From the human T2T-CHM13v2.0 reference genome, Homo sapiens: a stretch of 64,000 nucleotides of DNA. Location of the stretch: assembly GCA_009914755.4 (NCBI GenBank), contig CP086569.2:12288001-12352000 (forward strand), read 5' to 3'. This document shows positions 28,687 through 43,900 of this stretch, one piece after another. The stretch's first letter is position 1. Each line of letters starts with the position of its first letter. The notes beneath the pieces were generated by a model. That model did not search any database and had not been told where the DNA came from. It was given only the letters and a program-made list of their open reading frames with translations. A program made the translations under genes and the position numbers.

Positions 28687-30369
28687 GTGACATGTAATGG
28701 AATCGAAAGGAATGGAATCGAATGAAATGGAATTGAATGGAATAGAAAGGAATAGAATGGAATGGAGTTTAATGGAAAGATATTAAAAGTAATGGAATGG
28801 AATTGAGTGGACACGAATGGAATGGACTGGAATGGAAAGGACTCGAATGAAATGGAGCGCATTAGAATGGACTCGAATGGAATGGATTGGAGTGGAATGG
28901 TCTCGAATGGATTGGAAACGAATGGAATGGAAAGGAGTAGAATGGAATGTAATCAAATGGAACGAAATGGAATGGAATGGATTCGACTGGAACAGAATTG
29001 AATGGAGTGGAATTGATTGGAATGGAATGCAATCGAATGGAATGAACACGAATGGAATAGAATGAAATGAAATGGCATAGAATGGAATGGAATGGAATGG
29101 AATGGAATGGAAGGGAATGGAATGGAATGGAATGGAATGGAATGGCATGGAATGTATTGGAATGGAATGAAATTGATTGGAATGGGATGGGCCCAAAAGT
29201 AATGGACTCAAATAAAAGGGACTCAAATAGAATGAATTGGAAAGAAACGGTCTCGAATGTAATTCATTCGAATGGAATGATATTGAATGGAATGCAATAG
29301 TATGGAATGGTATCGAATAGAATGGAATAGAATGGAATGGAATGGAACGGAATGGAGTGCATTTGAACGGACTCAAATGCAATAAATTGCAATATAATTG
29401 ATTCAAATGGAATAGAATCGAATAGAATGTAAACAAACGGAATGGAAGGCAATGTAATGGCAAGGAATGGAATGAAATTGAATAAATGGAATGGAATCGA
29501 ATGGAAAGGACGGGAATATAATGGACTGTTAAGGAAAGGTCTCGAATCGAATTTATTCCAATAGAATGGAATCGAATGGAATGCAATACTATTGAATCGA
29601 ATCGAATGGAATGGAATTGAATGGAATGGACAGGAATGGAATGAACTGGAAGTGAATGGACAAGAACGTAATATATTGCAAAGTAATTTATTCAAATGGA
29701 ATGGAATGCAATCGAATGGAATGGACTCGATTGGAATGGACTGGAGTGGAATGGACTCAAATGGAATGGAAACGAATGTAATGGAATGGAACTGAAAGCC
29801 AAGGAATCTACTGGAATAGAATCGAACGGAACAGAAAGGAATGAAATGGAATGGAGTGGAATGGACTCGAATGGAATGTATTCGAATGTAATGGACCTGA
29901 AGGAATGGAATCCAATGGAATGGAATTGAATGGAATCAAAAGGAATAGAATGCAATAGAGTGTAATTGAATGATATCGAATGGAAGGGAATGGAATGAAA
30001 TCGAATGTAATGCACTGGAATGGAATGGACTCGATCAGAACGGACTGTAGCGGCATGTACACAAATGAAATGGAAACGAATGGAATGGAATGAAATGGAA
30101 TGGAAATGGAATTGAAAGGAACGGAATGGAATGGAATGGAATGAAATGGATTGGAATAGAATGGATTCAAATAAAATAGAATCGATTGGAATGGTATTGA
30201 ATGGAAGGGACTTGAATGGAATGGAAAGCAATGGAAGATATTGGAATTGAATGGCATCGAATGAAATGGAATGGAACGGAATGGAACGGACCCGAATGGA
30301 ATGGAATGGACTCAAATGTAAAGGACTCGAAAGGAATCGACTGAAATATAATAGACTCGAAAAGAATGG

Positions 30370-33300
30370 CCTCGAGCGGAATTTATTTGAATAGAATGGA
30401 ATCAAATAGAATACAATAGTATGGAATTGAATAGAATGGAATGGAATCGAATGGAATGTAATCAAATTGAATGGAACGGAATTCAATATAATGGAATAGA
30501 ATGGAATGCATTGGAAAGGAGCAGAGTGGAATCGAGTGGAATGGAATCGAAAGGAATGGAATCAAAGGGAACGAAATCGAATTGAATGGACTTGAATGGA
30601 ATTGAGTCGAAAGGAATTGACTCGAAAGTAATGGACTGGAACAAAAAAGAATCAAATGGACAGGAATAGAATGGAATGGACTCGAATGGAATGGAGTCAA
30701 ATGCAAACGTATCGAATGGAATGGATTCAAATGGAATGCAATTGAATGGAATAGAAAGGAAGAGAATGGAATTGAGAGTAATGGAAAGATATGTATTGGA
30801 ATGAAATGGAATGGAAAGGAATTGAATGGAAAGGAATGGACTCGGAAGAAATGGATTGGAATTTAATGGTCTCCAATGGAATGGACTGGAGTTGGACGGA
30901 ATCGAATGGAATGAAAAGAATGGAACGGAATGGAACGGAAAGGAATAGAATGTTATGGAATCCGATTGGACAGAATGGAATGGAATGGAGTTTCATGAAA
31001 TGGAGTCGAATAGAGTGGCATCATAAGGAACGTAATGGAACTGAGTGGACTCCAAAGAATGGACTCGAAAGGAATGGAGACGAACCAAATTGAATCCAAT
31101 GGATTGGAGTCGAACAGAATGGAATGGAATGGAATGAACTCGACTGGAGTAGAGAGGAATGTAAAGGAATAGAATGGAATGTAATCAAATGGATTGCAAC
31201 TGAATGGAATCAAAAATAATAGAAAGGAATGGAGTGTAAAGGGATGATATTGAATATAATGGAATGGAATGGAATTCAATGGAATGGAGTCGAAGGAATG
31301 GACAGGAATGTAATGGATTCCAATGGAATGGAATGGATGAAAATGGATTTGAACAGATTGGAATCGAACGGAATGGAATGCAATGGAATTGAATGGACTC
31401 GAATGGAGAAGAGACAAATGGAATGGAAACGAATTCAATGGAATTGAAAAGAATAGAATGGAATGGCGTGTAATGGTAAGATAGTAAATGGAATGGAATG
31501 GAATGGAATGGAATGGAATGGAATGGACCCAAATGTAATGCCCTCGAATGGAATATACTCAAATAGAATGGAATCGAAAGGAAAGGTCTCAAATGGAATT
31601 TATTCAATACAATGGAATCGAATGGAATGCAATAGAATGGAATGGAATCGAATGTAATGGAATCAAATAGAATGGACCAGAATGGAATGGACTGCCATAG
31701 AACGGACGGCAGTGTAATGGATTGAATTCTAATTCATTCAAATGGAATGGTATTGAATGGAATGGAATCCAATGGAATGGATAGGATTGTACTGGATTGG
31801 AATAGAATGGAATGCAACGGAGTGGAATGGAGTTGAATGAAGTGGAATGGAATCGATTGGAATGGAATCAAATGGAATGGACGGGAATGGAATGGACTGG
31901 AAGAGAACAGAATCGAATATAATGGATTGCAATGTAATTGATTCAAATGGAATGCAATCGAATGGAATGTAATAAAATTGAAGGGATTGGAGTTCAATGC
32001 AATGGAAAAGAATGGAATGCAAAGGAATGGAAAGGAACGGAGTGAAATCGAGTGTAATGGAATCGAATGGAATGAAATCGAATGGAATAGACTCAAAAGA
32101 AATGGACGAGGGACAAAACGGAATCGAACTGATTGGAATGGAACGGAACGGAATGGAATGGAATGGTCTCCATTGGATGGGAGTAGAACGGATTGGAATG
32201 GAATGGAATGAAATGGAATGGAAAGGAATAGAAGGTAATGGAAGGTAATGGAAAGATATCGAACGGATTGGAAAGGAATGCAATGGACCCTAATGGAATG
32301 GAATGGAATGGAACAGAAACCAATGGAATGGACTGGAGTGAAATGGAGTCGAATGTAATTGACTGGAGTGGAATGGACTCGAAAGGAATGGACTCGAATA
32401 GAATGGACTGGAATGGATTGTACTCGAATGGAGTGGAAAGGAATAAAATGGATTCCAACAGATTGGAATGGAACAGACTGAAATGGAGTGGAATGGAATG
32501 CAATGGAACGGCTCGACTGGAATGGAGTCGAATGCAATGGAATAGAAAGGAAAGGAATTGAATGGAATTGAAAGTAATAGAATTAAATGGAGTGCAAAGG
32601 AAAGATATCGAATGGAATGGATCGAAAAGAAATAGAATGGAATATACAGGAATGGAATGGAATAGAATTGAATAGACTGGCGTGCAATGAAAACGAATGG
32701 AATGGAATAGCAAGGAATGGAGCAGAATAAATACTACGGAATGGAATGGAATGGAATTGAATGGAATGGAATGGAATGGAGGCGAAAGGAAAAGAATGGA
32801 TTGGAATGTCACCGAATGGAAAGACATGGAATGGAAAGGAGTGGATAGGAATGGAATGGAATAGAATGGAACGGAAAGGTAAAGAATGGAATGGAATCGG
32901 ATAGAATGGAATGCAATGAAATGGAGTCGAATGGGAAATAATCGAGTAGAATGATATCGAATGGAATGGAATTTAATGGAATGGAATGGAATGGAATGGA
33001 CTCGAATGGAATGTACTCAAATGGATTAGAATAGAATGGAATGGAACTAAACGTAATGAACTCGAATGGAATGGACACAAATAGAATGGAAGAGAAAGGA
33101 ATGGTATTGAATGGAATTTATTCGAATAGAATGGAATACAATGGAATGCAACAGTGTGGCATGGAATCAAATGGAATGGAATCGAATGGAATGGACCCGA
33201 GTGGAATGGACTCACATAGAACAGCCTGGAATGTAATGGATGACAAAGTATTAGATTCGAAAGGACTGAAATCGAATGGAATGTAATCAAATAGAACGGA

Positions 33301-36300
33301 ATTGAATGCATGGAATGGCATAGAAAGTAATGCAATGGAATGGAATAGACTGGAATGGAATGGAATCGGATGGAATGTAATGAAATGTAATGGAAGGAAT
33401 GCCATGGAATGGAATGGAATGGAATGCAATGGGCCAGTGTATAATGGAGTGCAATGGAATTCAGTGGAATGTAGTCAATAGGAATGAAATAGAATGGAAT
33501 TCAATATAAGGGAATGGCATCCAATGGCAAGGAATGGAGTGGACTCCAATGGAAACAACATGAAAGGAATATAATATAATGGAATGGCATGGAACGAAAT
33601 GGAATGCAATGGAGTTAAAAGGTAAGATATCGAATGGAAAAGAATTGAATGGACTCGAATGGAATATAACGGAATGGAATGGACTCGAATGGAATGTACT
33701 AGAGTTGAATGGAATGGAATGGAATGGAAAACAATGGAAAGGAAAGGAAGGGAATTGAAAGGAAAGGAATAGAATGGAATGGAATCGGATAGAACGGAAT
33801 TGAATGGAATGGAAACTAAAGGAATAGAATAGAAAGGAATGGCATTGAATGGAATGCAATGGAATGGAATCAGATGGAACAGAAAGGAATGGAATAGAAT
33901 CGAATGGTATAGCATCGAATGGATTGGAATGGAATGTAATGGAATGGAAAGGAATGGAATGGACTCGAATGGAATGTACTCAAATGGAATAGAATAGAAT
34001 GGAATGGAAGTAAATATAATGGACTCGAATGGAATGGATTGGAATAAATTGGAATTGAATGTATTGGATTCGAATGGAAAGGAATGGAATGGATTGGAAT
34101 GGATTCGAATGGAATGGAATCGAATGGAATGGAACGAATTGGAATGTAATTGAATGGCGTCGAAAACAGTAGAAAGAAATGAAGTTTAATCGAATGATAT
34201 CGAATGGAATTGAATGGAATGTACGCGAATGGAATGGACTGGAATGGAATGGACTCTATGGGAATGAAGAGGAGTGGAATGGACTCGAATGTCATGGAGA
34301 CGATTGGAATGGAAGGGAATGCAAAGGAATGGAATGGAATGGAATCTGTTGCATCGGAATGGAATAGAATGGGGTCGATTGGAATAGAATCGAAAGGAAT
34401 GGCATCCAATGGAATGGAAACGAATTGAATGGAATGGCATGGAATGGAATGGAAAGGAATATAATGGAAAGGAATCGGATGGAACGGAATGGAATGTAAT
34501 GGAGTCGAATGGAATAGAATCTAATAAAATTGCATTGATAGGAATGGAATCGAACGGACTCGAAAGGATTGGAGCCTAACAGAAGAGAATCGAACAGAAT
34601 AGCATCAAATGGAAAGGAAATGAATGAAATGGAATGGAATGGAATGGAATGGACACAAATGTAATGGACTTGAATGGAATGGAATCAAATAGAATGGACA
34701 CGAATGGAATGGTCTCGAATGGAATTTATGAAAATAGAATGGAATCGAAAGTCATTGAACATTATGGAATGGAATCAAATGGAATGAAATCGAATGGAAG
34801 GAACCGGAATGGAATGTACTGGAATAGAACGGACTCGAATGTTACGGAAAGAAAAGTAAGTGATTCGGATGTCTTTTAATTGAATGGAATGAAATCAAAT
34901 GGAATGGAAAGGAATAAAATGGAATGGAATGAAATAGAATGCAATAGAATGGAAGGGAGTGGAGTCGAGTTGAATGGAATCGAATTGAATGGAATAGAAT
35001 GGAATAGAATCAAATGGAATGGATTCGAATGCAATGGAACCGAATGGAATGGACTGGAACATAATGGAATTGAACGTATTGGAATGGAAAGGAATGGAAA
35101 GGAATTGAATGCAACGGAAAGCAATGGAATCGAATTTAATGGAGTCGTATGTAGTGGAGTCGAATGGAATGGAATCATATGGAAGGAAAAGAATACAATC
35201 GAATGGAATAGAATAGAATGCAACAGAATGAAACGGAGTGGAATCGAGTGGAATGGAATAGAATTGAATGGAATGGAAAGGAATGGAATCGAATGGAATG
35301 GAATCGAATGGAATGGAACCGAATGGAATGGAATGGAACAAAATGGTATTGAACAGATTAGAATCGAATGGATCCGAATCGAATGTAATGGAATATAATG
35401 GAATAGAATGGAATGGAATGGAATGGAACGGAATGGAATGGAATGGACCCAAATGTAATGAACTCTAATGATATGGACTTTAATGGAATGGATTAGAAAA
35501 CAATGGGCTCGAATGGAATTTAATCAAGTCGAATTTAATTGAATGGAATGGAATGCAAAACTATGGAATAGCATCAAATGGAATGGAACAGAATAGAGTG
35601 GAATGGAATGGAATACACAGGTATAGAACAGACTCGAATGTAATGGATTGCAATGTAAGTGATTCAAAGGGAATGGAATCAAATGGAATATAATCAAATG
35701 GAATGGAATGGAGTGCATTGGAATGGAATAAAATGGAATGCAAACAATGGTACAGAACTCATTTGAATGTAGAGGAATGGAATCAAATGCAATGGAAAAG
35801 AATGGAATGGACACGAATGGAATGGATTGGAAACAAATGGAATGGAAAGGATTTTAATCATACAGAACAAAATAGAATGCAATGGACTCGAATGAAATGG
35901 AGTCGAAGAGAATAGTATCAAATGGAAAGGAATGGAATGCAATCGAATCGAATGGAATGTTAATGAAATTAATTGAAAGGAATAGAATGGAATGAAGTGT
36001 AATGGAAAGATATCGAATTGAATGGAATTGAATGGAATGGACACAAACGGAATGGACTGGAATGGAATGAACTCGAAAGGAATGGAATGGAGTGGAACGG
36101 ACTCGAGTGCAATGGAATCGAATGGTATAGAATAGAATGGAATGGAATGGAAAGGAATAGAAGGGAATGGAATCGGATCCAACGGGACAGATTGGAATGG
36201 GGTAGAATTGAATAGAATCGAATGGAATGGCATCGAATGTAATGGAATGGAATGGACTCGAATGGAATGGAGTGACATGTAATGGAATCGAAAGGAATGG

Positions 36301-37925
36301 AATCGAATGAAATGGAATTGAATGGAATAGAAAGGAATAGAATGGAATGGAGTTTAATGGAAAGATATTAAAAGTAATGGAATGGAATTGAGTGGACACG
36401 AATGGAATGGACTGGAATGGAAAGGACTCGAATGAAATGGAGCGCTTTAGAATGGACTCGAATGGAATGGATTGGAGTGGAATGCTCTCGAATGGATTGG
36501 AAACGAATGGAATGCAAAGGAATAGAATGGAATGTAATCAAATGGAACGAAATGGAATGGAATGGATTCGACTGGAACAGAATTGAATGGAGTGGAATTG
36601 ATTGGAATGGAATGCAATCGATTGGAATGAACACGAATGGAATAGAATGAAATGAAATGGCATAGATTGGAATGGAATGGAATGGAATGGAATGGCATGG
36701 CATGGAATGTAATGGAATGGAATGAAATTGATTGGAATGGGATGGGCCCAAAAGTAATGGTCTCAAATAAAAGGGACTCAAATAGAATGAATTGGAAAGA
36801 AACGGTCTCGAATGTAATTCATTCGAATGGAATGATATTGAATGGAATGCAATAGTATGGAATGGTATCGAATAGAATGGAATAGAATGGAATGGAATGG
36901 AACGGAATGGAGTGCATTTGAACGGACTCAAATGCAATAAATTGCAATATAATTGATTCAAATGGAATGGAATCGAATACAATGTAAACAAACGGAATGG
37001 AAGGCAATGCAATGGCAAGGAATCGAATGAAATGGAATAAATGGAATGGAATCGAATGGAAAGGACGCGAATATAATGGACTGTTAAGGAAAGGTCTCGA
37101 ATCGAATTTATTCCAATAGAATGGAATCGAATGGAATACAATACTATTGAATCGAATCGAATGGAATGGAATTGAATGGAATGGACAGGAATGGAATGAA
37201 CTGGAAGTGAATGGACAAGAACGTAATATATTGCAATGTAATGTATTCAAATGGAATGGAATGCAATGGAATGGAATGGACTCGATTGGAATGGACTGGA
37301 GTGGAATGGACTCAAATGGAATGGAAACGAAAGTAATGGAATGGAACTGAAAGCAAATGAATCTATTGGAATAGAATCGAACGGAACAGAAAGGAATGAA
37401 ATGGAATGGAGTGGAATGGAGTCGAATGGAATGTATTCGAATGTAATGGACCTGAAAGGAATGGAATCCTATGGAATGGGATTGAATGGAATCAAAAGGA
37501 ATAGAATGGAATAGAGTGTAATTGAATGATATCGAATGGAAGGGAATGGAATGAAATCGAATGGAATGCACTGGAATGGAATGGACTCGATCAGAACGGA
37601 CTGGAGAGGCATGTAGACAAATGAAATGGAAACGAATGGAATGGAATGAAATGGAATGGAAATGGAATTGAAAGGAACGGAATGGAATGGAATGGAATGG
37701 AATGGATTGGAATAGAATGGTTTCAAATAAAATAGAATCGATTGGAATGGTATTGAATGGAAGGGACTTGAATGGAATGGAAAGCAATGGAAGATATTGG
37801 AATCGAATGGCATCGAATGAAATGGAATGGAACGGAATGGAACGGACCCGAATGGAATGGAATGGACTCAAATATAATGGACTCGAAAGGAATCGACTGA
37901 AATATAATAGACTCGAAAAGAATGG
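30370..37925 (+). repeat. L-type HOR copy L2 (7556 bp)
   Basis: Landmark CCTCGAGCGG at 30370 and 37926. Block order is identical to L1, including the X block. Confidence 0.8.
34254..36271 (+). repeat. X block in L2 (~2.0 kb)
   Basis: Same entry and exit junction strings as in L1 (CTCTATGGGAATGAAGAGG at the start, GTGACATGTAATGG immediately after the end). Confidence 0.75.
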
Positions 37926-40900
37926 CCTCGAGCGGAATTTATTTGAATAGAATGGAATCAAATGGAATACAATAGTATTGAATGGAATAGAATGGAATGG
38001 AATCGAATGGAATGTAATCAAATGGAATGGAACGGAATTCAATATAATGGAATAGAATGGAATGCATTGGAAAGGAGCAGAGTGGAATCGAGTGGAATGG
38101 AATCGAAAGGAATGGAATCAAAGGGAAAGAAATGGAATTGAATGGACTTGAATGGAATTGAGTCGAAAGGAATTGACTCGAAAGGAATGGACTGGAACAA
38201 AAAGGAATCAAATGGACAGGAATGGAATGGAATGGAATGGAATGGACTGGAATAGAATGGAGTCAAATGCAAACGCATCGAATGGAATGGATTGAAATGG
38301 AATGCAATTGAATGGAATAGAGAGGAAGAGAATGGAATTGAGAGTAATGGAAAGATATGGATTGGAATGAAATGGAATGGAAAGGAATTGAATGTTAAGG
38401 AATGGACTCGGAAGAAATGGATTGGAATTTAATGGTCTCCAATGGAATGGACTGGAGTGGAATGGAATCGAATGGAATGAAAAGAATGGAACGGAATGGA
38501 ACGGAAAGGAATAGAATGTTATGGAATCCGATTAGACAGAATGGAATGGAATGGAGTTTCATGAAATGGAGTCGAATAGAGTGGCATCAAAAGGAATGTA
38601 ATGGAACGGAGTGGACTCCAAAGGAATGGACTCGAAAGGAATGGAGACGAACCAAATTGAATCCAATGGATTGGAGTCGAACAGAATGGATTGGAATGGA
38701 ATGAACTCGACTGGAGTGGAGAGGAATGTAAAGGAATAGAATGGAATGTAATCAAATGGATTGCAACTGAATGGAATCAGAAATAATAGAAAGGAATGGA
38801 GTGTAAAGGGATGATTTTGAATATAATGGAATGGAATGGAATTCAATGGAATGGAGTCGAAGGAATGGACAGGAATGTAATGGACTCCAATGGAATGGAA
38901 TGGATGAAAATGGATTTGAACAGATTGGAATCGAACGGAATGGAATGCAATGGAATGGAATGGACTCGAATGGAGAAGAGACAAATGGAATGGAAACGAA
39001 TTCAATGGAATTGAAAAGAATAGAATGGAATGGCGTGTAATGGTAAGATAGTAAATGGAATGGAATGGAATGGAATGGAATGGAATGGAATGGACCCAAA
39101 TGTAATGCCCTCGAATGGAATATACTCAAATAGAATGGAATCGAAAGGAAAGGTCTCAAATGGAATTTATTCAATACAATGGAATCGAAAGGAATGCAAT
39201 AGAATGGAATGGAATCGAATGGAATGGAATCAAATAGAATGGACCAGAATGGAATGGACTGCCATAGAACGGACTGCAGTGTAAAGGATTGAATTCTAAT
39301 TCATTCAAATGGAATGGGATTGAATGGAATGGAATCCAATGGAATGGATAGGATTGTACTGGATTGGAATAGAATGGAATGCAACGGAGTGGAATGGAGT
39401 TGAATGAAGTGGAATGGAATCGATTGGAATGGAATCAAATGGAATGGACGGGAATGGAATGGACTGGAAGAGAACAGACTCGAATATAATGGATTGCAAT
39501 GTAATTGATTCAAATGGAATGCAATCGAATGGAATGTAATAAAATTGAAGGGATTGGAGTTCAATGCAATGGAAAAGAATGGAATGCAAAGGAATGGAAA
39601 GGAACGGAGTGAAATCGAGTGTAATGGAATCGAATGGAATGAAATCGAATGGAATGGACTCAAAAGAAATGGACGAGGGACAAAACGGAATCGAATTGAT
39701 TGGAATGGAACGGAACGGAATAGAATGGAATGGTCTTCACTGGATGGGAGTAGAACGGACTGGAATGGAATGGAATGAAATGGAATGGAAAGGAATAGAA
39801 TGGAATGGAATGGAATGGAATGGAAGGTAATGGAAAGATAACGAACGGATTGGAAACGAATGCAATGGACACTAATGGAATGGAATGGAATGGACTGGAG
39901 TGAAATGGAGTCGAATGTAATTGACTGGAGTGGAATGGACTCGAAAGGAATGGACTCGAATAGAATGGACTGGAATGGATTGTGTTCGAATGGAGTGGAA
40001 AGGAATAAAATGGATTCCACCAGATTGGAATGGAACAGAATGGAATGGAATGGAATGGAATGCAATGTAACGGCTTGACTGGAATGGAGTCGAATGCAAT
40101 GGAATAGAAAGGAAAGGAATTGAATGGAATTGAAAGTAATAGATTTAAATGGAGTGCAAAGGAAAGATGTCGAATGGAATGGATCGAAAAGAAATAGAAT
40201 GGAATGGACAGGAATGGAATGGAATAGAATGGAATAGACTGGCGTGCAATGAAAACGAATGGAATGGAATGGAAAGGAATGGAGTAGAATAAATACTATG
40301 GAATGGAATGGAATGGAATGGAATGGAATGGAATGGAATGGAATGGAGGCGAAAGGAAAAGAATGGATTGGAATGTCACCGAATGGAAAGATAAGGAATG
40401 GAAAGGAGTGGATACGAATGGAATGGAATAGAAAGGAACGGAAAGGTAAAGAATGGAATGGAATCGGATAGAATGGAATGCAATGTAATGGAGTCGAATG
40501 GAAAATAATCGAGTAGAATGATATTGAATGGAATGGAATTTAATGGAATGGAATGGAATGGAATGGACTCGAATGGAATGTACTCAAATGGATTAGAATA
40601 GAATGGAATGGAACTAAACGTAATGAACTCGAATGGAATGGACACAAATAGAATGGAAGAGAAAGGAATGGTATTGAATGGAATTTATTCGAATAGAATG
40701 TAATTCAATGGAATGCAACAGTGTGGCATGGAATCAAATGGAATGGAATCGAATGGAATGGACCCGAGTGGAATGGACTCACATAGAACAGCCTGGATGT
40801 AATGGATGACAATGTATTAGATTCGAAAGGACTGAAATCGAATGGAATGTAATCAAATAGAACGGAATTGAATGCATGGAATGGCATAGAAAGTAATGCA

Positions 40901-43900
40901 ATGGAATGGAATAGACTGGAATGGAATGGAATCGGATGGAATGTAATGAAATGTAATGGAAGGAATGCCATGGAATGGAATGGAATGGAATGGAATGGCC
41001 CGGTGTATAATGGAGTGCAATGGAATTCAGTGGAATGTAGTCAACAGGAATGAAATAGAATGGAATTCAATATAAGGGAATGGCATCCAATGGCAGGAAA
41101 TGGCATCCAATGGCAAGGAATGGAGTGGACTCCAATGGAAACAACATGAAAGGAATATAATATAATGGAATGACATTGAACGATATGGAATGCAATGGAG
41201 TTAAAAGGTAAGATATCAAATGGAAAAGAATTGAATGGACTCGAATAGAATATAACGGAATGGAATGGACTCGAATGGAATGTACTAGAGTTGAATGGAA
41301 TGGAATGGAATGGAAAACAATGGAAAGGAAAGGAAGGGAATTGAAAGGCAAGGAATAGAATGGAATGGAATCGGATAGAACGGAATTGAATGGAATGGAA
41401 ACTAAAGGAATAGCATAGAAAGGAACGGCATTGAATGGAATGCAATGGAATGGAATCAGATGGAACAGAAAGGAATGGAATAGAATCGAATGGTATGGCA
41501 TCGAATGGATTGGAATGGAATGTAATGGAATGGAAAGGAATGGAATGGACTCGAATGGAATGTACTCAAATGGAATAGAATAGAATGGAATGGAAGTAAA
41601 TATAATGGACTCGAATGGAATGGATTGGAATAAATTGGAATTGAATGTATTGGATTCGAATGGAAAGGAATGGAATGGAATGGAATGGATTCGAATGGAA
41701 TGGAATCGAATGGAATGGAACGAATTGGAATGTAATTGAATGGCGTCGAAAACAGTAGAAAGAAATGAAGTTTAATCGAATGATATCGAATGGAATTGAA
41801 TGGAATGTACGCGAATGGAATGGACTGGAATGGAATGGACTCTATGGGAATGAAGAGGAGTGGAATGGACTCGAATGTCATGGAGACGATTGGAATGGAA
41901 GGGAATGCAAAGGAATGGAATGGAATGGAATCTGATGCATCGCAATGGAATGGAATGGGGTCGAATGGAATAGAATCGAAAGGAATGGCATCCAATGGAA
42001 TGGAAACGAATTGAATGGAATGGCATGGAATGGAATGGAAAGGAATATAATGGAAAGGAATCGGATGGAACGGAATGGAATGTAATGGAGTCGAATGGAA
42101 TAGAATCTAATAGAATTGCATTGATAGGAATGGAATCGAACGGACTCGAAAGGATTGGAGCCTAACAGAAGAGAATCGAACAAAATAGCATCAAATGGAA
42201 TGGAAATGAATGGAATGGAACGGAATGGAATGGAATGGAATGGAATGGAATGGAATGGAATGGACACACATGTAATGGACTTGAATGGAATGGAATCAAA
42301 TAGAATGGACGCGAATGGAATGTTCTCAAATGGAATTTATGAAAATAGAATGGAATCGAAAGTCATTGAACATTATGGAATGGAATCAAATGGAATGAAA
42401 TCGAATGGAAGGAACCGGAATGGAATGTACTGGAATAGAACGGACTCGAATGTTACGGAAAGAAAAGTAAGTGATTCGGATGTCTTTTAATTGAATGGAA
42501 AGAAATCAAATGGAATGGAAAGGAATAAAATGGAATGGAATGAAATAGAATGCAATAGAATGGAAGGGAGTGGAGTCGAGTTGAATGGAATCGAATTGAA
42601 TGGAATAGAATGGAATAGAATCAAATGGAATGGACTCGAATGCAATGGAACCGAATGGAATGGACTGGAACATAATGGAATCGAACGTATTGGAATGGAA
42701 AGGAATGGAAAGGAATTGAATGCAACGGAAAGCAATGGAATCGAATGTAATGGAGTCGTATGTAGTGGAGTCGAATGTAATGGAATCAAATGGAAGGAAA
42801 AGAATACAATCGAATGGAATAGAATAGAATGCAACAGAATGAAACGGAGTGGAATCGAGTGGAATGGAATAGAATTGAATGGAATGGAAAGGAATGGAAT
42901 CGAATGGAATGGAATCGAATGGAATGGATCCGAATGGAATGGAATGGAACAAAATGGAATTGAACAGATTAGAATCGAATGGATCCGAATCGAATGGAAT
43001 GGAATATAATGGAATGGAATGGAATGGAATGGAATGGAATGGAATGGAATGGAATGGAATGGACCCAAATGTAATGAACTCTAATGAAATGGACTTTAAT
43101 AGAATGGATTAGAAAACAATGGGCTCGAATGGAATTTAATCAAGTCGAATTTAATGGAATGGAATGGAATGCAAAACTATGGAATAGCATCAAATGGAAT
43201 GGAACAGAATAGAGTGGAATGGAATGGAATACACAGGAATAGAACAGACTCGAATGTAATGGATTGCAATGTAAGTGATTCAAAGGGAATGGAATCAAAT
43301 GGAATATAATCAAATGGAATGGAATGGAGTGCATTGGAATGGAATAAAATGGAATGCAAACAATGGTACAGAACTCATTTGAATCTAGAGGAATGGAATC
43401 GAATGCAATGGGAAAGAATGGAATGGACACGAATGGAATGGATTGGAAACAAATGGAATGGAAAGGATTTTAATCATACAGAACAAAATAGAATGCAATG
43501 GACTCGAATGAAATGGAGTCGAAGAGAATAGTATCAAATGGAAAGCAATGGAATGCAATCGAATCGAATGGAATGTTAATGAAATTAATTGAAAGGAATA
43601 GAATGGAATGAAGTGTAATGGAAAGATATCGAATTGAATGGAATTGAATGGAATGGACACAAACGGAATGGACTGGAATGGAATGAACTGGAAAGGAATG
43701 GAATGGAGCGGAACGGACTCGAGTGCAATGGAATCGAATGGTATAGAATAGAATGGAATGGAATGGAAAGGAATAGAAGGGAATGGAATCGGATCCAACG
43801 GGACAGATTGGAATGGGGTAGAATTGAATAGAATCGAATGGAATGGCATCGAATGTAACGGAATGGAATGGACTCGAATGGAATGGAGTGACATGTAATG

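Larger units (their letters stand above)
22710..30369 (+). repeat. L-type HOR copy L1 (7660 bp). Its first ~670 bp are S-like, the rest is L-like, and it contains the X block
   Basis: Landmark at 22710 and next at 30370. Blocks up to ~23.38 kb match S-type variants (e.g. AAAAGCAATGG as in S4). From ~23.38 kb the diagnostic variants are L-type (CTCCAAAGG, EWRRTKLNP-type translation). L1 is longer than later L copies, partly from an expanded GGAAT/GGAATAGAAT tract at ~27720-27860. Confidence 0.75.
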